NCBI RefSeq assembly: GCF_006345805.1
Contig: NC_043000.1
Span: forward strand, 37,510,001-37,574,000
From: Octopus sinensis
Taxonomy: Eukaryota
Length of the DNA stretch: 64,000 nt
Reading direction: 5' to 3'
Positions 24,344 to 36,929 of this stretch are shown here, piece by piece. The translations under genes were made by a program, and so were the position numbers. Positions within the stretch are counted from its first letter, which is position 1, and every line of letters starts with the position of its first letter. A model generated the notes under the pieces. It was given only the letters and a program-made list of their open reading frames with translations. It ran no database searches and was not told where the DNA came from.

Positions 24344-27300
24344 ATGCATATGTGTGTGCTGTGTGCGTGTGTGATATTTTAAATCATAACAATATTATGT
24401 ATTCGAAAACTATTTGGAGAGTTTTTACTTTTGCAAAATTATTTTGCATTGATTATATTTTATATTTCAGGAGATCTAATGTTGTGTACTACTTCATACT
24501 AGTAGAGATTTCATTTTAATTTTACTTGAAATTTGCTTACATAACACCAATGAAAGAAAATTAAATGTTCAACAATGTTTTCCTATCTTTTTAACTTTAA
24601 ACTGTTAATAAAGAAAGACAAATTAATTACAACTAGAATATGACTGGTTTTTAAGATGACAAATGTTGTGCTTAAAAATGTGGTACCTATGTCAAAAATT
24701 TAAATATTTCAAATCGCATGCACATTTAAATTAAAGAAATAAAACAAAAAAAAACATTGTTATTTTAATTTCTTTTTGGGATCTTTAGTAATGTCACAAA
24801 TTATATCACATATTATTTGATATTGTGTGAGTAGTATATAATTTCTTTATATACTGATATTTTGTCACTTTACCTGCTTTCAGAGCTGTATTCAGTGCAT
24901 AGAAATTAATTACATTCACAATTGAACAGTTACCTCTTTTGCATTGATAATAACCAATAAAATAAATGTAAAAATGACAAAGGATAGTGACAATTATGCC
25001 AGTAGTGACTGTGGTGGTAAATGTGTGTATTATGACTGGATTCAATAGACCTTTGCTGGCTGTTAGAACTAATGAAGAAAGTAATGAACAGAAATATTGA
25101 CAAATAAAGAACTATACTGGTACTGAACCACAAAAGAAAATCATACATGTATATAATCTAGATCAAAATAATTAATGGAATATTTTAAAATCTACTCAAT
25201 ATCATTTCTTTTATTTTACTTATATGTAACAAATTAGTGAATGCTTAGTGGTATCAACTGGTAAAATACATGCCATCAAATCTTGAAAATAAAATAATAA
25301 TAATAATAATAATAATAATGAAAAAGACAACCAATTTTGCTAGACAATAAGTTCATGCTACTTTGATAAAAGTACATCCAAAACATTTGAGAAAATAAGA
25401 AATTTTCTTTAATATGACCATTTTAAAAGATTCAATATGTATGTAATATAGATGTAAAAGTTTTGTTTATCATTCATATAAAAAATGTAACAAAGAGGAA
25501 AAGGAACATCTGTAGTTGTCTTTGTTTTTAGTCCACAAATCATTGTTTTAGACAATTGATTTCCTGTATTTGATTCTTTCTATTGCTTTCTGTGAAATGC
25601 TAAAGAGACTAAGTGTCATAATCATTTTAATGTATTTATTAGAAAGAAATGTTTGAAAGTCATCATTAATCTATCCAACATATAATTTTTTATGTTATTT
25701 TAGAAACAAAATGTTCACATATATGTATTTAACTTATCTATTTCATTGTCTAGTTAAAAGATGTGATGACTGAAGTTGCTTATTTGTTCATGCTATAAAT
25801 TCCCTATATATTTTCTTTTGCTTCTAGCTTTTGTTATATATTAATTCAATCACTTTTATATTTCAACATACCTATGTTTTGTGTACCTTTATTTATTTTA
25901 TGAAATGTATTTATTTATAAAAGTTATTTTTTATGCTGTTTACCTATATCATTTGTTTACTTATTTCTCATCACATTTCCCACTTGTTTGCCTTCTGCAT
26001 TTACAAGACAATTTATTTACCTTAGCTAAAAATAAATCACATTCTGTACATTATTTTGATTTATAATACATCTTTTATTATCATTCTTAAAGTGCTATGG
26101 TCATCATTTATATCATGATAAAGCACTACTTTCAGTTTAAGCAAGAAAACTAATGATATCAATTAAAACAGAAAATTCAAACATTAGAATTTCTTAAGAG
26201 TTTCCAATAATTGCTTCATATTCAATTCATTGTTTAGTTCACCATAAGACAAACTGAGAACAATGAACGGCCCGCAGGTAAACAACATCCTCCAGTGTTT
26301 TTCTGTAAACTCACACATTAGCATGTTCACCAAACCTACAGGACATAAGGGAATTACACCGGTTCCATAATTTTTTTTATTACTATTAATTCAAACCTTT
26401 TTTCATCTCACTTTACTTTTCATATTTTATCACTTAGCAGAATTCTCAATGGAAATATGTTTGTTGTGTGAAAAAAAACCCCACTAATTTTTTATTGACT
26501 TCCAGGTTTCACTCTTGGTGCACACACACATACACACAGATTTATAACCAAAGACAAACATAAATTCACTGACAAACATAAAAGAAAACACTATTTTATG
26601 TAAATTAAACTGAATTTTTTACTAAAATCCATACACAATAATTTAAATTAAAAGTATTGTTCACTTGCTGAGGAGAATATTTTCACGATAGGTTTCACCA
26701 ATAGTTTCACTATAATGATAATAAATGTTTTCTTTAAGATTTTACCACTTTTAAGCATGGAAAAAGAGCACAAGCATCCAAAATTTAAAAAAAATAAATT
26801 AAAAAATTATAAATTTTCAAGGAAGAAACTATGCATGACTTTGGAAACAATTGTTGTAGTAATAATTTACTTTAGAATTACAGCCTGCCAAATGTAGCTC
26901 CGTTATGACTCGACCAAATATAATAATGTGCAAGAGGAGGAGATCATATCTTAAAGTGTTTGTTATAAATTATAGAAAAGCTACATGTAAATTAGTTAAA
27001 ATTAGCCATTTTAACATAAATTTTGAAGTAGACTTTAGATTTCTCTATTCAGGCTGGCAATATTTGTTATATAGCAAGATGCTTTAGAAAATGAGAAATC
27101 ATCATATTAGTTTCATATATCACATTGGAGACCTAGTTTTAATATTGTCCTAACATTAGATTTATCACAGGACTGATTCTTGATTAAGAAAATCCTGCTC
27201 GATGTAATTTGAAATATATTTTAAGATTGTGATAATTTTGAAGATTTCTAAGATCTCACTCTAAACTAAATCTCAAGTTTGTAAAAGCTTTTCATTTTTC

Positions 27301-28537
27301 AGTTTGGAAGGTGAAGTTTTAAAATAAAGGAAGATAAGTACCAAAATTATTATAGAGAGGAATGAATGTTTATTTGAAAGGAGAAAAATGGTCCCAATTA
27401 TTCCAAGAAAAATTAATTTCAGCAGAATTTTATATCAAAATTACTAAAAGAGAAATCAATTTTTTTCATTGTATTTTCTAATTAGAGGAGTGCAATAATT
27501 CTGGTTCTTTTTTCTAGAATGAGTTTGGAATTATTAAGTAGGTTTTTTGTAAATTTTAATTGGTGATTTATTACTTCAAGCGAAGTTTTGAATTATACAA
27601 TATCTGCAGGTTTCTGAGCAAAAATGTTTGGTACAAAGACTAAAAGATAGAGCTATAGAGAATTGAGAAGAAAAGATTAAAAACAGGAGAATCAAGTAGA
27701 TCTATGAGAGGAATAAGACAGAAACAGCAGGTACACTGAAACAAAGGCTGTTGCGTAAGAAACACTGAAAGTACATAGCTTCACACAGCTGGCTTAGTAG
27801 CTGAAAAGTTTTGTCTAATAGAAGAGTGATTACTTATTTGGTGGGAACATGCAACACAAAATGCTTGAGGGTATAATTAAAGTGCAAAATTTCACATTTA
27901 TGTACCATGATGTAGAATATATATTACTCCTAAAGTTGAAGTCAAGTTATCATAATGAAGAGTTAACTTTGTTGAGCCAGCGATGTTACTTTAAGGATTA
28001 TTAGAGATTGGGCATATCTCTTTTTGAGAGAGTTGCTTAAGTGTTGTGTCTAACTCATGCCAGCAAGGAAAATGGTTGTTAAACAATGATGATAGTTAAC
28101 AAATCATTGAGATGGCTCTCATAAAATGCTTTTACTCAGCAACTTAAAAGAATTTATTCAGTTTTTGTTATATAAAATATTCACCATAAAAGATCTGGTG
28201 AATGAAAAACATTATGGGGCAATTTTTTTAATTGGTACAGAGGCAAGGAACAATGCTCATAATTTTTTCTGGCGGTAGAGGTTGGTAAAATTGATATCAT
28301 TAAAGATACAGCTTTCAGTGAAGCTTTTCCTTATATTGACAAGATCACTAAATTATTGGAGAAGGATGTAGCAATTGAATTGTTTCAGATATTTTATAGA
28401 TGATACATTATTGATCCCAAAAGAATGAGATACAATATTAATGCTAACAACATGTAAACATAGAATGTAATGAGATGTATCTATGTCTTTATAAAGGGTT
28501 TAGTCAGGCAATAATAATAATAATAATAATAATAATG

Positions 28538-28722
28538 ATTTCAAAAGGCCAATAATTTAAAAGAAATGGGATTCGTTGATAACAGTGCACCCACTTCCCC
28601 TGTGCTCAACAGGTACTTATTTAATCAACCTCAAAAGGGTGAAGGTAAAGTTGAATGTAGTGTCAGAATAAATAACGGTAAGCATTTTGCCCAAAGCTGT
28701 AATTATTCTTCCAACTCACCAA
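28538..28722 (-). mobile_element. SINE, family B, diverged, between (TAA)n tracts
   Basis: Reverse complement contains ggtgagttggaagaat...gggcaaaatgctt and tcaactttaccttcacccttttgaggttgattaaataagtacctgttgagcac. Confidence 0.7.
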
Positions 28723-28732
28723 TTTTAATAAC

Positions 28733-28771
<39 letters not shown>

Positions 28772-29250
28772 TGACAGAGCAAAAAAGTGGTACGAACATA
28801 AACCTGAAGGCATCATCGAAAATGATAATGCAAAGATCCTATGGGATTTTATGATTCAGTGCAACCATGAGATAGAGAATAGGAAACCAGACAGTGTTAA
28901 TTGAGAAGGAAAGCAAACGATGCTGGATCATAGATATAGTATGCCCAGCTGACAACAAGGTATGCAATAAGGAAGAAAGAAAAGCAAATAAATATAACAG
29001 GTTAGCTTGGATGGCTAAGCAGTTGTGGTCACTGAAAAAGGTAGTAGTAGTACCAATAATTGTCAGAGCCCTGGGAACAGTGAGTAAAAATCTTGAGAAG
29101 TACATAATAGAGGTACCAATAAGAGTAGAGCACTTGCAGAAAACAGCATTGCTTGGAACTGCTCAAATACTCCAGAAGGTGCTCGAAAAATAAGGGGTGA
29201 ACAGCTGACACCATAGTACATATCCAGCTTTAGGAGCTGCGCAAAGACAA
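28772..29250 (+). mobile_element. 3' fragment of a Dong/R4-clade non-LTR retrotransposon (restriction-like endonuclease domain)
   Basis: KWYEHKPEGIIENDNAKILWDFMIQCNHEIENRKPD / LIEKESKRCWIIDIVCPADNKVCNKEERKANKY...LWSLKKVVVVPIIVRALG...LQKTALLGTAQILQKVLEK*, with one frameshift after PD. (TAA)n lies directly on both sides. Confidence 0.88.
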
Positions 29251-29263
29251 TAAAATAATAATG

Positions 29264-29312
<49 letters not shown>

Positions 29313-29339
29313 CAACACAGATACATACACACACACATA

Positions 29340-30632
29340 TTGGGTCATCCCATAAATAATGACATTTTTTAATACGTCTTTTATTTTTCAAAATTACGAT
29401 AAACAAAGTTCTGTTTTAATCTAAAGCATACTCTCCTTCATTTTCTAGAATGTTCTTCCATCTATCTGGTAGACTTGCAAAGCCCCTCTTCCAAAATTCA
29501 CTTGTCTGGGATGAAAAGTACTCCTCCACTACTGTTCTGACCTTGTCTACAGAATTCATAGTTTTTCCATGCAAAGGATTTTGAAGACTGGAATAAATGA
29601 TAATTAGATGGGGCAATGTCTCGCAAATATGGTGGGTGGGGCATCGTTTCCCATTCAAACTGCTCCAGCCTTTGGAATATCATCCTCGCTGTATGTGGCC
29701 AAGCATTATCTTGATGGAAGAAAACTTTTCATCATGAAACCAAAAATGGTCCTTTTTCCTTCCAGTGCTGGCTTAAGCCGCTCGAGCTGCTTCCAGTAGA
29801 TCTCTTTTGTTATCATTTGGTTTGGGTTTAAAAGTTCAAAGTGGACTAAACCTTTCATATCCCTCCAAACAGATAACAAAATCTTACGTGGGTGAAGACC
29901 TTCTTTAGCCTGGAGTGCTGGTGTTTCTCCTTTCCCTGCTCACTGTCTTCAGCGCTTGACATTTTTATAGAGAATCCAGTTCTCACCACCAGTCACTATT
30001 CAGTCTAAAAACCGCTAATTCATGAGATGTGACAGCAAAGAAGAGCACACATTCACTCTCTGCAGGTGATTAGACTTGGAAAGTTTGTGAGAAACACATT
30101 GACCCAATTTACTGACTTTTCTGATGGCATGCAGGTGTCGATGAATGGTTTTTTGACCAAATCCAAGTTTTTCTGCTAGTTCCACCACAGTTACAATGAG
30201 ATTTTGTTCCACCAGGTTTTGGAGGATGTCCCTATCAAGCTCTACAGATCTTTCAGGACGAGGCTCATCTTCTAGGCTGCAGTTTCCAGCTTGGAATATC
30301 TGGAACCACCATTAACACCAGCTTATTCTTATTGTCTGATCCCCATATACTGCATTAATATTCCTTGCATTTTCCATTGCGTTGTTCTCTTTATTGAACT
30401 CATAAAGAAGCAAAATATGCCGAATATGCTCCTTTGTCAGTGCCATTATTGCTTTGAAAAAATAACTGTTAAAATCGAACTGCACTCTTGAAAACTTGCA
30501 CTAAGAATAAGGACAAGGTAAAATTACTACCTGCTCTTACAGCAAGTTGATGCAAGTAGTTTATCCCATCCCCTTCTGACTTTTGGTTCATGCAATTGAA
30601 AAAAAAAGCACATTATTTATAGAATGACCTAA
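29340..30632 (-). mobile_element. Full-length (about 1.29 kb) decayed mariner with TA target-site duplication
   Basis: TIRs ttgggtcatcccataaataat / attatttatagaatgacctaa flanked by TA (29338-29339, 30633-30634). Minus-strand peptides KEHIRHI, SLEDEPRP, VSKLGQCVSHKL, PHPPYLRDIAPSNYHLF and LPDRWKNILENEGEY. Confidence 0.93.
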
Positions 30633-30671
30633 TACACACACATACACACAAACACACATATATTTATACAT

Positions 30672-30900
30672 ATATATTGATATAACGAAGTAGGGCGATA
30701 ATTCCAGGTAGATACCAGTTCAGACTGAAATTTGGTTCTGACCACACATGGTATTAATTCCAGTTAAAATACTTAATGTAGCAGATTCGGAGAAAATGTA
30801 ATAAGGTAGACAATAGAAACAGATGTAATAATCCTTTATTTATTTATCCATATAAATAAATAATTTTCCGGCACATGTTTCTGCTTAATTACTAAGAGTA
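30672..30900 (-). repeat. TA-adjacent repeat remnant with the 3' half of a hammerhead-like motif
   Basis: Minus strand reads cttagtaattaagca-GAA-ACATGT-G with a palindromic stem III, but no CTGAnGA core upstream. Confidence 0.3.
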
Positions 30901-31478
30901 TATCTATTTTAATAAGTTAATTAATTAAATAATTAAATAGTTCTCAATACAATGCATTTAGTAAAAAAAGCTTCTTCAGGGATTCCAATGAAATTCCTAG
31001 TTATACCATTTAAAATATTTATAAACTAAATCATTAAAATCGTTATTACTACTATGAACGCTAAAAAATATTAAAAAATAAAACAAAAATTTGTCATGTA
31101 CAAAGGAAAGAAAAAAATTAATTTCACAAAACAAATAGAAATCAAAATTAACTATGCCATTTCGGCATTCTCTTTTTTTCTATTCCAAGCAGCTAAAGTT
31201 ACAGCATAATATAACGCAAACTTTATCTAAAAAAATAAAACATATTATTAAGTGTACAGATTCTTTATCTTAGTAAAATATTAACCTCATCATTTATATA
31301 TTAACAATTGAGACCTTGATTTATCCAGTATACCACACACATACACATACATACATATACACACATACACACACACACATACATATGCATACACACCCAC
31401 ACATCCATAATACTAATCTACCTTTATATCTACATACATACATTTACATAAACACACACATACACTCACACACACATA

Positions 31479-33286
31479 TATAGGAATGCTGTAAGTAAGG
31501 TGAGGGTTGGCAACAAGTACACTGAAGAATTCAGGGTAGACGTAGGAGTCCATCAAGGTTCAGTCCTCAGTCCCCTCCTATTTATCATAGTCCTCCAAGC
31601 AATAACGGAGGAATTTAAGACAGGATGTCCCTGGGAGCTCCTCTATGCTGATAACCTTGCTCTAATTGCTGAGTCACTATCAGAACTAGAGGCAAAGTTT
31701 CAGGTGTGGAAACAAGGATTAGAATTGAAGGGCCTTAGAATCAATCCAGCTAAAACCAAAGTCCTAATATGTAGGAAGGCAGGCAAACCACAAACCCCTT
31801 CAGGTAGATGGCCCTGCTCAATCTGTAGTAGAGGTGTAGGTAGAAACTCTATAAGATGTACCCAGTGTAAGCTATGGACACATAAGAGGTGGAGTAATAT
31901 CAAAGGGAGGCTAACGGGGAAGATAGTTTTTGCATGTGGCAGATGCTCGGGAGCAATAGATAACACTGCAAATGTGAAGAGAACAACTTCCGCCACATTC
32001 CAGGGAGAAAAACTAGAAGTGGTTGATAGCTTCCGTTACCTAGGGGACCAAGTCAGTAGCGGAAGTGGGTGCACTGAAAGTGTAGCAGCTAGAATAAGAA
32101 TAGCTTAGGGCAAAGTTCAGAGAGCTCTTACCTCTGCTGGCGACAAAGGGCCTCTCGCTCAGAGTAAAAGGTAGACGGTATGACGCTTGTGTATGAACAG
32201 CCATGCTACGTGGCAGTGAAACATGGGCTGTGACTGCTGAGGAAATGCGTAAGCTTGCAAGGAATGAAGCCAGTATGATCCGATGGATGTGTAATGTCAG
32301 TGTGCATACTCGACAGAGTGTAGGTACATTGAAAGAAATAATGGACCTAAGAAGTATCAGATGTGGTGTGCAAGAGAGACGACTGTGCTGGTATGGTCAT
32401 GTGGCAAGAATGGACGAGGACAGCTGTGTGAAAAAGTGCCACACCCTAGTGGTTGAGGGAACCTGGGGAAGAGGTAGACCCAGGAAGACCTAGGATGAAG
32501 TGGTGAAGCACGACCTTCGAACTTTAGGCCTCACCAAGGCAATGACTAGTGACCGAGACCTTTGGAAATATGCTGTTTGTGAGAAGGCCAAGCAAGCCAA
32601 ATGAAACCGTAATCTCATGGCCTTTGCCAGGGGTGTAACCAACCCACTTATGCATACCTTTTCTTCCTTTGGATACTAAAACTCTGCTTGCGAAGACCTG
32701 TTAAGGCAAGTGAAATCAATCAACCAATCAAAAGCAAATTCAACTTCGATGACTGGCGTCCTTGCTACCAAAGAGCACCATATGAGCATGATTATTGGCA
32801 GAGCGGCCAACCGGCTTCTGTGCCAGTGGAACTTAAAGGGCACCATTCGAGCATGATCGTTACCAGCTTTGCCTTACTGGCACTTGTGCCCATGCTAGTA
32901 GGGTGCCAAGAGCACCATGCGAGCGTGATAGTCGCCAGAGCAGCCAACTGGCTTCTGTGCCATTGGGCATGTAAAAGGGCACCATTCGAGTGTGATCATT
33001 ACCAAAGTTGCCTTCTGGCATCTGTGCTGGTGGCATGTATAAAAAGATTCGAGCGAGGTCATTGCCAGTACCGACTTACTGGCCCCCGTGCTGGTGGCAT
33101 GTAAAAGGCACCCACTACACTCTCGGAGTGGTTGGCGTTAGGAAGGGCATCCAGCTGTAGAAACTCTGCCAAATCAAGACTGGAGCTTGGTGCAGCCATC
33201 TTGTTCACCAGCCCTCAGTCAAAATCGTCCAATCCATGCTAGCATGGAAAGCTTACGTTAAACGATGATGATGATGAGGAGGATGA
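31479..33286 (+). mobile_element. 5'-truncated RTE-clade LINE, longest copy (pseudogenised)
   Basis: VGVHQGSVLSPLLF...CPWELLYADNL (catalytic YADD changed to YADN), Cys-rich insert, frameshift near 32105, then RLCWYGHVARM...RGRPRKT, 3' UTR repeats and (GAT)n tail. Confidence 0.95.
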
Positions 33287-33297
33287 TATATATACAT

Positions 33298-33487
33298 ACT
33301 GGCCCTTGTGTTGGTAGCATGTAAAAGCATCCACTACACTGTTGGGGTGGTTGGTGTTAGGAAGGGCATCAGCTGTAGAAACTTTGCCAGATCAGATTGA
33401 GCCTGGTGCAGCCTTCTGGCTCACCAGTCTTCAGTCAAACCATCCAACCCATGCCAGCATGGAAAGCGGACATTAAATGATGATGAT
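33298..33487 (+). mobile_element. RTE LINE 3'-end fragment immediately downstream of the long copy
   Basis: Second copy of gcatccactacac...gtggttggtgttaggaagggcatc...ccatgccagcatggaaagcggacattaaat(gat)n. Confidence 0.85.
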
Positions 33488-34225
33488 ACATATATCCGTA
33501 TATATATATATATAAACACACACGTACAGATACACATACATATACATATCTACAGGACAGCCACATATACATATATATATTCACACATAGATATATATGT
33601 ATGTGTGTGTGTGTGTATGTGCGTATATATATTTATACATACACATATACACATATACACATATACCTACATACAAATACACACATACATATATCTACAT
33701 ACAAAAAATAAACAATATAAAAATACAGACATTAAATATATTAAAAACATTAAAAACTAGGCATCAATTATCCCTATATATTAATGAGGTTTACTAGTAT
33801 TAACATGATAAACTATCCTCTATAAAATAAATATGTTTTCCTAAACATATGGGTACAATTCATATTAAAATTTGAGGTTAAATTCAATAATTTAAGTCTA
33901 GATGTAAGTATCAAAAATAGTTCATCTCAACATAAATTGCACCTATTACTAGCAAAAGGCTAAGGTTTTGCATATCCAATTATTGACCATTCAACTTCAT
34001 AATCAAGGTTTTCTCTGTTAGTCCCCATATATATTCACTAAGTTTAATCAATCAACCTCTTTTGTTAATACAAAAATCTGAGCAAAGATTATTATATCTT
34101 GATTTAAATTTATTAGAAGTACATCTATTGTAATAAACTGTTTCACATTTAGTTCTTACCTCAGATCTATATACTAAATTCTTTTCTAGACACAACCCAT
34201 TTAGCTATATCTCTACAATTATAAT

Positions 34226-34235
34226 TAATCATTGG

Positions 34236-34295
<60 letters not shown>

Positions 34296-34302
34296 GTTAT
34301 TG

Positions 34303-34389
<87 letters not shown>

Positions 34390-34414
34390 ATCATCATCAT
34401 CATCATCATCATCA

Positions 34415-34458
<44 letters not shown>

Positions 34459-34479
34459 GTTATTATTATTATTATTATT
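34226..34479. repeat. Compound (ATT)n(CAT)n(ATT)n microsatellite
   Basis: Direct reading. Confidence 0.95.
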
Positions 34480-34480
34480 T

Positions 34481-34686
34481 ACGCACTGGAGTGGCTGTGT
34501 GGTAAGTAGCTTGCTTACCAGCCACATGATTCAAGGTTCAGTCCCACTGCATGGCATCTTGGGCAAGTGTCTTCTACTATAGCCTCAGGCCAACCAGAGC
34601 CTTGTGAGTGGATTTGGTAGACGGAAACTGAAAGAACCCCATCGTATATATGTATATATACACACACTCATATATATATACATATG

Positions 34687-34717
<31 letters not shown>

Positions 34718-34940
34718 TGTGTGTGTGTATGTTTGTGTGTCTGTGTTTGTCCCCCATAACATCACTTGACAACCAATGCTAGTATGTTCACGTCCCTGTA
34801 ACTTAGCGGCTCAGCAACAGAGACCAATAGAATAAGTACTAGGCTTACAAAGAATAAGTCCTGGGGCCGGTTTGCTCGAGTAAAGGCAGTGCTCCAGCAT
34901 GGCCACAGTCAAATGACTGAAACAAGTAAAAGAGTAAAAG
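34481..34940 (+). mobile_element. SINE, family A, full length, within ATT-type microsatellite
   Basis: Collinear with 21807-22224; the internal TG tract is longer in this copy. Confidence 0.88.
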
Positions 34941-35058
34941 ATTACTACTACTACTACTACTACAACAATCATTATCACCATTATTTCTACCCCTATTATC
35001 AGGATCATTAATATTACTTTTATTATCATTATTATCATTATCATAGTTATTGCTATTA

Positions 35059-35096
<38 letters not shown>

Positions 35097-35100
35097 GTTA

Positions 35101-35175
<75 letters not shown>

Positions 35176-35340
35176 TATTATTATTATTACTATAGTTTCG
35201 GTAAACATTATTATCAGGTAAATTACATAAGGTATTACTGTTATTATTGATGTTAATATTACTATTCATATTGTTGTTAATAACATCATTATGTTGAGGT
35301 CCAATACCATATTCGTTTGTTGTAATATGATTACTACTAC
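34941..35340. repeat. Degenerate (CTA)/(ATT)n low-complexity tract
   Basis: Direct reading. Confidence 0.9.
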
Positions 35341-36416
35341 TGGAGCTATTGGCATTATAAAATTCATCTAATTTTTTTTTTTATGTGCAGCAATAATCTG
35401 TGCTAAATTTCTACACGTAGAGTAAGAGATTCTAATTCTTCTTTTAAATATACCATGATATTTGTGGTTATAATCAAAATGTTTGTTAACCAAGCTATAA
35501 AATTTTCTTTAGTTGAAGTCAATGTTATAGGTATAGCAAGGGTTAAACTATAACATCTTATTACTATTACTTTTTAACTTATTATAATCTAAAATATTCT
35601 TTGTTATGTGTTGGTTGTTGCTAGAATAACCTTGTTTATTCATATAATTTTTATCCAAGTAATCTGATCATATTTATTTATATTTTATTTCTATTTCTAT
35701 TTTTATTTTCTATATTATAAAAATGTTTACCAAACCAAATTTTCTTCTTCTTATTATTAATATTATTTTTATAATTAAAAGCTGCGTACATGATGCTCCC
35801 AACTAAAGGTGTTTCAGTAGTATTTACATTAGGTATACACTTAATTTTCTCTTTATATCCAGCTCTCATAAGAGCATAGTTATAATAATCACAATTATTA
35901 AGGAAAATTGTTTAATTGGATGATAATCTGGATAATGTTATGAGTATATTCATTGCTGAAGATTAGATATTACTCCTTCGGTGATTAGAGTAATAGCTTA
36001 TATATCTTAAATTTTCATTAGGCTTATGGAAAGGAACAAAAATTCTTGAATTCAAATCCAGTGTTACATCCAGAAAATTAGCTACATTAAATTCATTTAC
36101 AATACTAATGGAAAGGCTATAACTAGCAAAAAATGCATGAAGATAACTTTTATAAATATTTAACTGTTAGGTTACAATTTCTCACGAAAATAGAGCATCG
36201 TCACGATAAATACCATCTTTAATGTTAACAAATTCATGGTGTAGTTCACTTAAAAGATATATACCTACAAGATCAGTAACTTGAGGGGAATCACTTGATC
36301 CCATAGTTATATCAAAATGGTCATATCTATCTTTTCTAACCCAGTAGCTGCCCTAAAACTCAGTGATAGATTTACAAGCAGCTAAGATAGAATGATTAGA
36401 ATAATGCATACCTTAT

Positions 36417-36454
<38 letters not shown>

Positions 36455-36837
36455 CACATATATACATATATATATATATATATTAGAAGAAATGAGGTAC
36501 TCAGAAATTCGGATGGTTTTATATTTACAGATATTTATTTGTATATTACATGTTTATATACATCATATATCTTAGATCATATATTAGCGCTTTCTCCCAT
36601 TCTAGTGGGGTTGTCTCTACATATATATATATGTCTATATATATATATACTAAGCAATTAAGGGTTTAGCAACGAATTGCCTTACCGCACACCGAATTTA
36701 GAAATAGCAGTCAAAGAGATTATAGCTATTTCTTCTACTAAAAGGGAGATCTCAGTAAAAACACAGCATTTGAAAGGCAAACACAAACAGGTAAGAGAGA
36801 ATGAAATAAGAGCAATCTATCATACAGTTTTAAGTCA

Positions 36838-36929
36838 CCTACGGACGTACGTTTCGAGATCAAGTCTTAGGAAAGCATAAGAATTAGATAATTCTACCTT
36901 ATCCAAACTTCTTCTCTCATCAGCGCAGG
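36838..36929 (-). ncRNA. Type I hammerhead ribozyme motif (family 2, intact core)
   Basis: Minus strand CCTGCG-CTGATGA-GAGA-(~55 nt)-TCTC-GAA-ACGTACGT-C-CGTAGG. Stem I is 6 bp with one G-U, stem II closes with G-C, stem III is a perfect palindrome, and the triplet is GUC (predicted cut between 36844 and 36843). Confidence 0.88.

Noticed and set aside
28210-28430. RYFIDD and QRQGTM peptides suggesting a Penelope RT fragment
   Set aside because: The motifs are short, in different frames and surrounded by stops; not enough to call without a search.
32740-33110. Repeat arrays here and at 53313 as possible CRISPR arrays
   Set aside because: Eukaryotic context, degenerate tandem units, no unique spacers and no cas genes.
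36483-36620. Minus-strand GAA-AGCGCT-A as another hammerhead
   Set aside because: A palindromic stem III is present, but no CTGAnGA core or stem I could be found.
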